NCBI GenBank assembly: GCA_017633495.1
Contig: JAGBPE010000128.1
Location: 1-40,352 of the forward strand
Source of the DNA: Bacteroidales bacterium
GTDB taxonomy: Bacteria > Bacteroidota > Bacteroidia > Bacteroidales > WCHB1-69
Direction: 5' to 3'
DNA length: 40,352 nucleotides
Position 1 is the first letter of the stretch. The number at the start of each line of letters is the position of its first letter. The position numbers and the translations under genes were made by a program. Below are positions 37,175 through 40,352 of this stretch, piece by piece. A model generated the notes under the pieces. That model ran no database searches. It was not told where the DNA came from and was given only the letters and a program-made list of their open reading frames with translations.

Positions 37175-38341
37175 TCAAACGCGAACTTGGCAGATTCTTC
37201 GCAGGCCTTCCAGAACGGTTTCGCGGTTTGTGCCGATGTTCATCCTCATGAATCCTTCACCCTCTGCGCCGAAGTCGGTGCCGTTGTTCAGACCGATCTT
37301 TGCATTGTATATCAGTCTGTGTACCAGTTCTTTCTGCGGGAGATTCCAGGCACGGAAGTCCATCCAAAGCAGGAAGGAGGCTTCCGGACGCATAAAGGTG
37401 ATTTCCGGACAATGCTCTTTCAGATACTGTTCCGCTGCATTGATGTTGCCTCGCAGGTACGTCAACAGCTGCTGCAGCCACTCCTCTCCGTGTGCAAAAG
37501 CCGCTTCAGCCGCATAATAGCCGAAGATGTTGCCCAAAGAGAGCTCGTTGTGGTCCAAAAAGCCGAAAAATGCCTTGCGGATCTCTTTGTCTGGAACATA
37601 ACACACGGATGATGCCAATCCCGCCATGTTGAAGGTCTTGCTCGGTGCGAAAAAGGTGATGGAGTTGTGCTCCGCTGCCTCTGAAACATTGGTGAAAGAT
37701 GTATGATGGAACTCGGGAAAGGTGAGGTCGGCATGGATTTCGTCGGAGATGACTAACACTTTGTGCTTGAGGCAGATGTCGGCCACTTGTACCAACTCCT
37801 CCTTCGTCCATACGGTACCGCCGGGGTTGTGCGGGTTGCTCAGGATCATCACTTTGCATCCCTCCGCTTTGCGGTCCAAATCTTCAAAATCGAAGGTGAA
37901 ACGGCCGTTTTCCGTCTTCAGCGGACTGCTTACAAACACGCGTCCCGTGCGGTGCGGCACATTGATGAACGGTGGATATACAGGAGTGGTTATCAGCACT
38001 TTGTCGCCCGGCTGCGTGAAGGTCTGCAGCACGAAAGCTATGCCCTGCACGATACCGGGGATGAAGTGCATGCGGTTCCATTTCGTGGCGATGCCATATC
38101 GTTTCTGGAACCAATTGAGAACAGCCATTTTGTAGCTGTCAGGTGCGAAGGTGTAGCCCAACACCTCGTGGTCGCAACGCTTGCGTATCGCGTCGAGGAT
38201 GAAGTCCGGGGTCTTGAAGTCCATATCGGCGACCCACATCGGTAGCAGGTCGTCGGTGCCGAATACCTCAGGTGTCATGTCGTGTTTCACGCAAAAAGTG
38301 CCTTTGCGTTGGGCGATTTCGTCAAAATTGTATGATTTCAT
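37175..38341 (-). CDS. PatB/MalY-type PLP-dependent C-S lyase (aminotransferase class I/II)
   Basis: 388 aa with the PLP-lysine block FFAPSKTFNMAGL, SNPHNPGG and an N-terminal FDEIAQRKGTFCVKHD. Confidence 0.85.
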   Translation of the reverse strand: MKSYNFDEIAQRKGTFCVKHDMTPEVFGTDDLLPMWVADMDFKTPDFILDAIRKRCDHEVLGYTFAPDSYKMAVLNWFQKRYGIATKWNRMHFIPGIVQGIAFVLQTFTQPGDKVLITTPVYPPFINVPHRTGRVFVSSPLKTENGRFTFDFEDLDRKAEGCKVMILSNPHNPGGTVWTKEELVQVADICLKHKVLVISDEIHADLTFPEFHHTSFTNVSEAAEHNSITFFAPSKTFNMAGLASSVCYVPDKEIRKAFFGFLDHNELSLGNIFGYYAAEAAFAHGEEWLQQLLTYLRGNINAAEQYLKEHCPEITFMRPEASFLLWMDFRAWNLPQKELVHRLIYNAKIGLNNGTDFGAEGEGFMRMNIGTNRETVLEGLRRICQVRV

Positions 38342-38359
38342 GTTAATCGTCTATAAAAC

Positions 38360-38387
38360 GTAGAGACGGTGTACGCACCGTCTCTAC
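38360..38387 (-). terminator. strong 12-bp perfect stem-loop after the T9SS cargo gene
   Basis: GTAGAGACGGTG-TACG-CACCGTCTCTAC. On the reverse strand it is followed by GTTTTAT. It lies 29 nt after the stop at 38417. Confidence 0.75.
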
Positions 38388-38416
38388 AGCAAAAAATATC
38401 AAATAAGTTTTAAGTT

Positions 38417-40352
38417 CTAAAGAATTGTGATGGAACCTTTGTGTGTGGAAGAAACCCCTTCGTAGTCGGTGATGCGCAGGGTGTAGGTGTAGGTGGCGCC
38501 GACGAATAGTTTTCCGTTTTCGGTACCGTTCCACTCAAAGTCCTTGTTGGTCGTGTGGTAGATCATTTCGCCGTTGCGGTTGAAGACAGTGAACTCCAAC
38601 GATTCGATCAGATTTCTCTGGGGAATGTAGAAGTAGTCGTTCACGCCGTCGATGTTGCTCGGGGTGATGGTGTTCGGCAGATTCAGGAACGGTTTGCAGG
38701 CCGGGATGGTGATGCTGTTGTTGGCACCGCAGCCCTCTTCGCTGACGATCTCAACAGAGTAGGTTCCGGGAGCCGTGATGGTGATACTCGGGGTGATTTC
38801 GCCGGTACTCCATTTGTATTCTGCCACATTCTCTTCCGTGCTGGCCGACAATGTAGTCTTGAACTCATCACAATAGTCCAGGTCGAACACGATGTCCACT
38901 TTCGGCTTTTGAATGAGCAACGTCACGTCCACCAGACTGTCGCAACCGTTCCATGCCAACCCTTCATAGTTGACGCGGCGCGTGCCTTCTGTAGACCATG
39001 ATTGCGTGTCTCCGAAATAGTTGGGATCATACACATACGGCAGCTTCTCTTCGCAGGTCTTAACCGTATCTTTGCCAAATACTTTCTCAATGGCAGACAT
39101 ATCCAGTTGTATGGTTTTCACAATAGTGTCGATACATTTCTGATCTTCGTCCTGAACCACAATCTTAAAGGTTGCCTCACCATCAGGCGAGATGGTGGTG
39201 GAGTCGAACACAAAGGTGGGGTCCAAAACGTTTTGAGCGATAGGAACGAAAGTGTTGTATTTTTTGACAAACCATTGAATGAATTGAGTCTGCTGATACA
39301 CAGTGTCTTCTGTGCCTCCTTGTTGTGTCGGAGGTACCACCGTGTAGATCGTGCTGTTGTCTTGAAGTTGGATGCTCAAGTCGCAATTGTTGAAGTTCTG
39401 AGTGAAGGTGTAGTCGGGTTCAATATAGTAGGATTTTACGTGAGCCTCATAGATGAAAGGCACGCCGGTGTAGGATCTCATCTCGCAGCGGTAGTAAGGC
39501 CATACTCTGGCGGTGTCGCGGTTGATGAAAACGTCGGTTTGTCCCACCGGGGTGATACCAGGCAGCGGGGAACTCAAATCCAGGATTTTGTTTTTCGCAT
39601 CCAAAGAGTCGTAGCCGTAGTGCCATTCGTAGGTCTGTTCCAAGAAACCCCATGGCACGGAAAGGTGGATGTCGTCACCGCCGCAGGCGTCAACTTGGAT
39701 GGCGCCCGGAATCATTTTGGCGGTGAACAGACCGTAAGCCCAGTGTGCGGTAGCGCTGCAACCATAGGTGTAGATGCGCAGCTTCACCGATTTCTGCGGG
39801 GTGAAGTTGCCGTTCAAGTCCACATTCTGGGAAGCTTGCGCCGACAAGTTGAAGGCCAACGGTTTATACTCGAACCATTCTACAGGATAGGAGCTGCTGC
39901 TTCCACCGGTCTGGCTACCAGGACATTCACGGTAGGGGAAGGTGGTGGGGGTGGCGTAACCGTAAGAGTTCTGACCAGCCCAATAGTAGGTGGTGATACC
40001 GTAAGAGTCGGAGGGGTTCTGCGAGTCGCCGCTGGTACCGCATCCGCTCGGCCATGCCAGGAACTTGGAGTAGGGCCAGTGGTTGTTCGGCACCGGATTG
40101 GCTGTCTGCTGGGATGCCTTGGTGGGATAGTAGCCGATGTTCAGCAGCTGATTGGTCTCGCCGTCGTAAACCTCGATATAGAACTGGGGATTACGCAGAG
40201 AACCGCAGCCCGTTGCTGCATCATGCGTGCTGTTCACATTCTGGATGGCGAAGGAGAATAGCACCAACAGTGTGCTCAACGAGTCCTCTGGATAGAACCA
40301 GTACTCGATTTGCGCTGCCTTGTTACAGGTGCTGTTGCTCGTTCCGCAACCG
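38417..40352 (-). CDS. large cell-surface protein with a T9SS type-B sorting (gliding-motility C-terminal, CHU_C) domain; the 5' end lies beyond the right window edge
   Basis: The C-terminal ~90 aa, LPNTITPSNIDGVNDYFYIP...FTVFNRNGEMIY...WNGT...GTYTYTLRI, fit the type-B sorting domain. The ORF-track start at 40279 is a TTG, and the frame stays open with no stop up to 40352, so the gene is truncated by the window. Confidence 0.85.
   Translation of the reverse strand, partial: GCGTSNSTCNKAAQIEYWFYPEDSLSTLLVLFSFAIQNVNSTHDAATGCGSLRNPQFYIEVYDGETNQLLNIGYYPTKASQQTANPVPNNHWPYSKFLAWPSGCGTSGDSQNPSDSYGITTYYWAGQNSYGYATPTTFPYRECPGSQTGGSSSSYPVEWFEYKPLAFNLSAQASQNVDLNGNFTPQKSVKLRIYTYGCSATAHWAYGLFTAKMIPGAIQVDACGGDDIHLSVPWGFLEQTYEWHYGYDSLDAKNKILDLSSPLPGITPVGQTDVFINRDTARVWPYYRCEMRSYTGVPFIYEAHVKSYYIEPDYTFTQNFNNCDLSIQLQDNSTIYTVVPPTQQGGTEDTVYQQTQFIQWFVKKYNTFVPIAQNVLDPTFVFDSTTISPDGEATFKIVVQDEDQKCIDTIVKTIQLDMSAIEKVFGKDTVKTCEEKLPYVYDPNYFGDTQSWSTEGTRRVNYEGLAWNGCDSLVDVTLLIQKPKVDIVFDLDYCDEFKTTLSASTEENVAEYKWSTGEITPSITITAPGTYSVEIVSEEGCGANNSITIPACKPFLNLPNTITPSNIDGVNDYFYIPQRNLIESLEFTVFNRNGEMIYHTTNKDFEWNGTENGKLFVGATYTYTLRITDYEGVSSTHKGSITIL

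Overview
This is a chromosomal, mostly housekeeping window from a Bacteroidota genome, probably Bacteroidales and Prevotella-like, at about 50% GC. The taxonomic call rests on gene content (a T9SS type-B sorting-domain cargo protein, TamB, LpxB, a SurA/PpiC array), A-rich leaders without Shine-Dalgarno sequences, and repeated TAnnTTTG -7 boxes upstream of start codons. I call 31 protein genes. Two are cut by the window edges: an aroE N-terminus at 1-467 that the ORF track misses, and a T9SS cargo gene that runs off the right edge. Several ORF-track starts were moved to internal ATGs. I see no rRNA, tRNA, CRISPR, transposase, integrase, phage genes or recognisable defence genes, so this does not look like an accessory island. 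The unusual content is non-coding. (1) A structured intergenic element of 39-81 nt occurs five times. Every copy is in the sense orientation between co-directional genes and ends 17-33 nt before the next start codon. Its stems show compensatory base changes, including one complete G/C polarity flip around an identical apical sequence. (2) Short tandem repeats, mostly with a 7-nt period, fill most intergenic spacers. Several overlap or abut stop codons and place stops in all three frames. (3) A T15 tract and a 12-bp tandem repeat lie in the divergent capD control region. (4) An 18-bp direct repeat with a palindromic core lies upstream of clpB. Protein-level oddities are a signal-peptide MORN-repeat protein with a LytTR-like C-terminus, a VOC protein coupled to a stand-alone HdrC-like Fe-S protein, a putative DUF4412-like/DUF4954-like/NDP-sugar dehydrogenase operon, and tamB overlapping an AI-2E permease gene by 11 nt. 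All family names come from reading the translations and recalling motifs. No database search was run.
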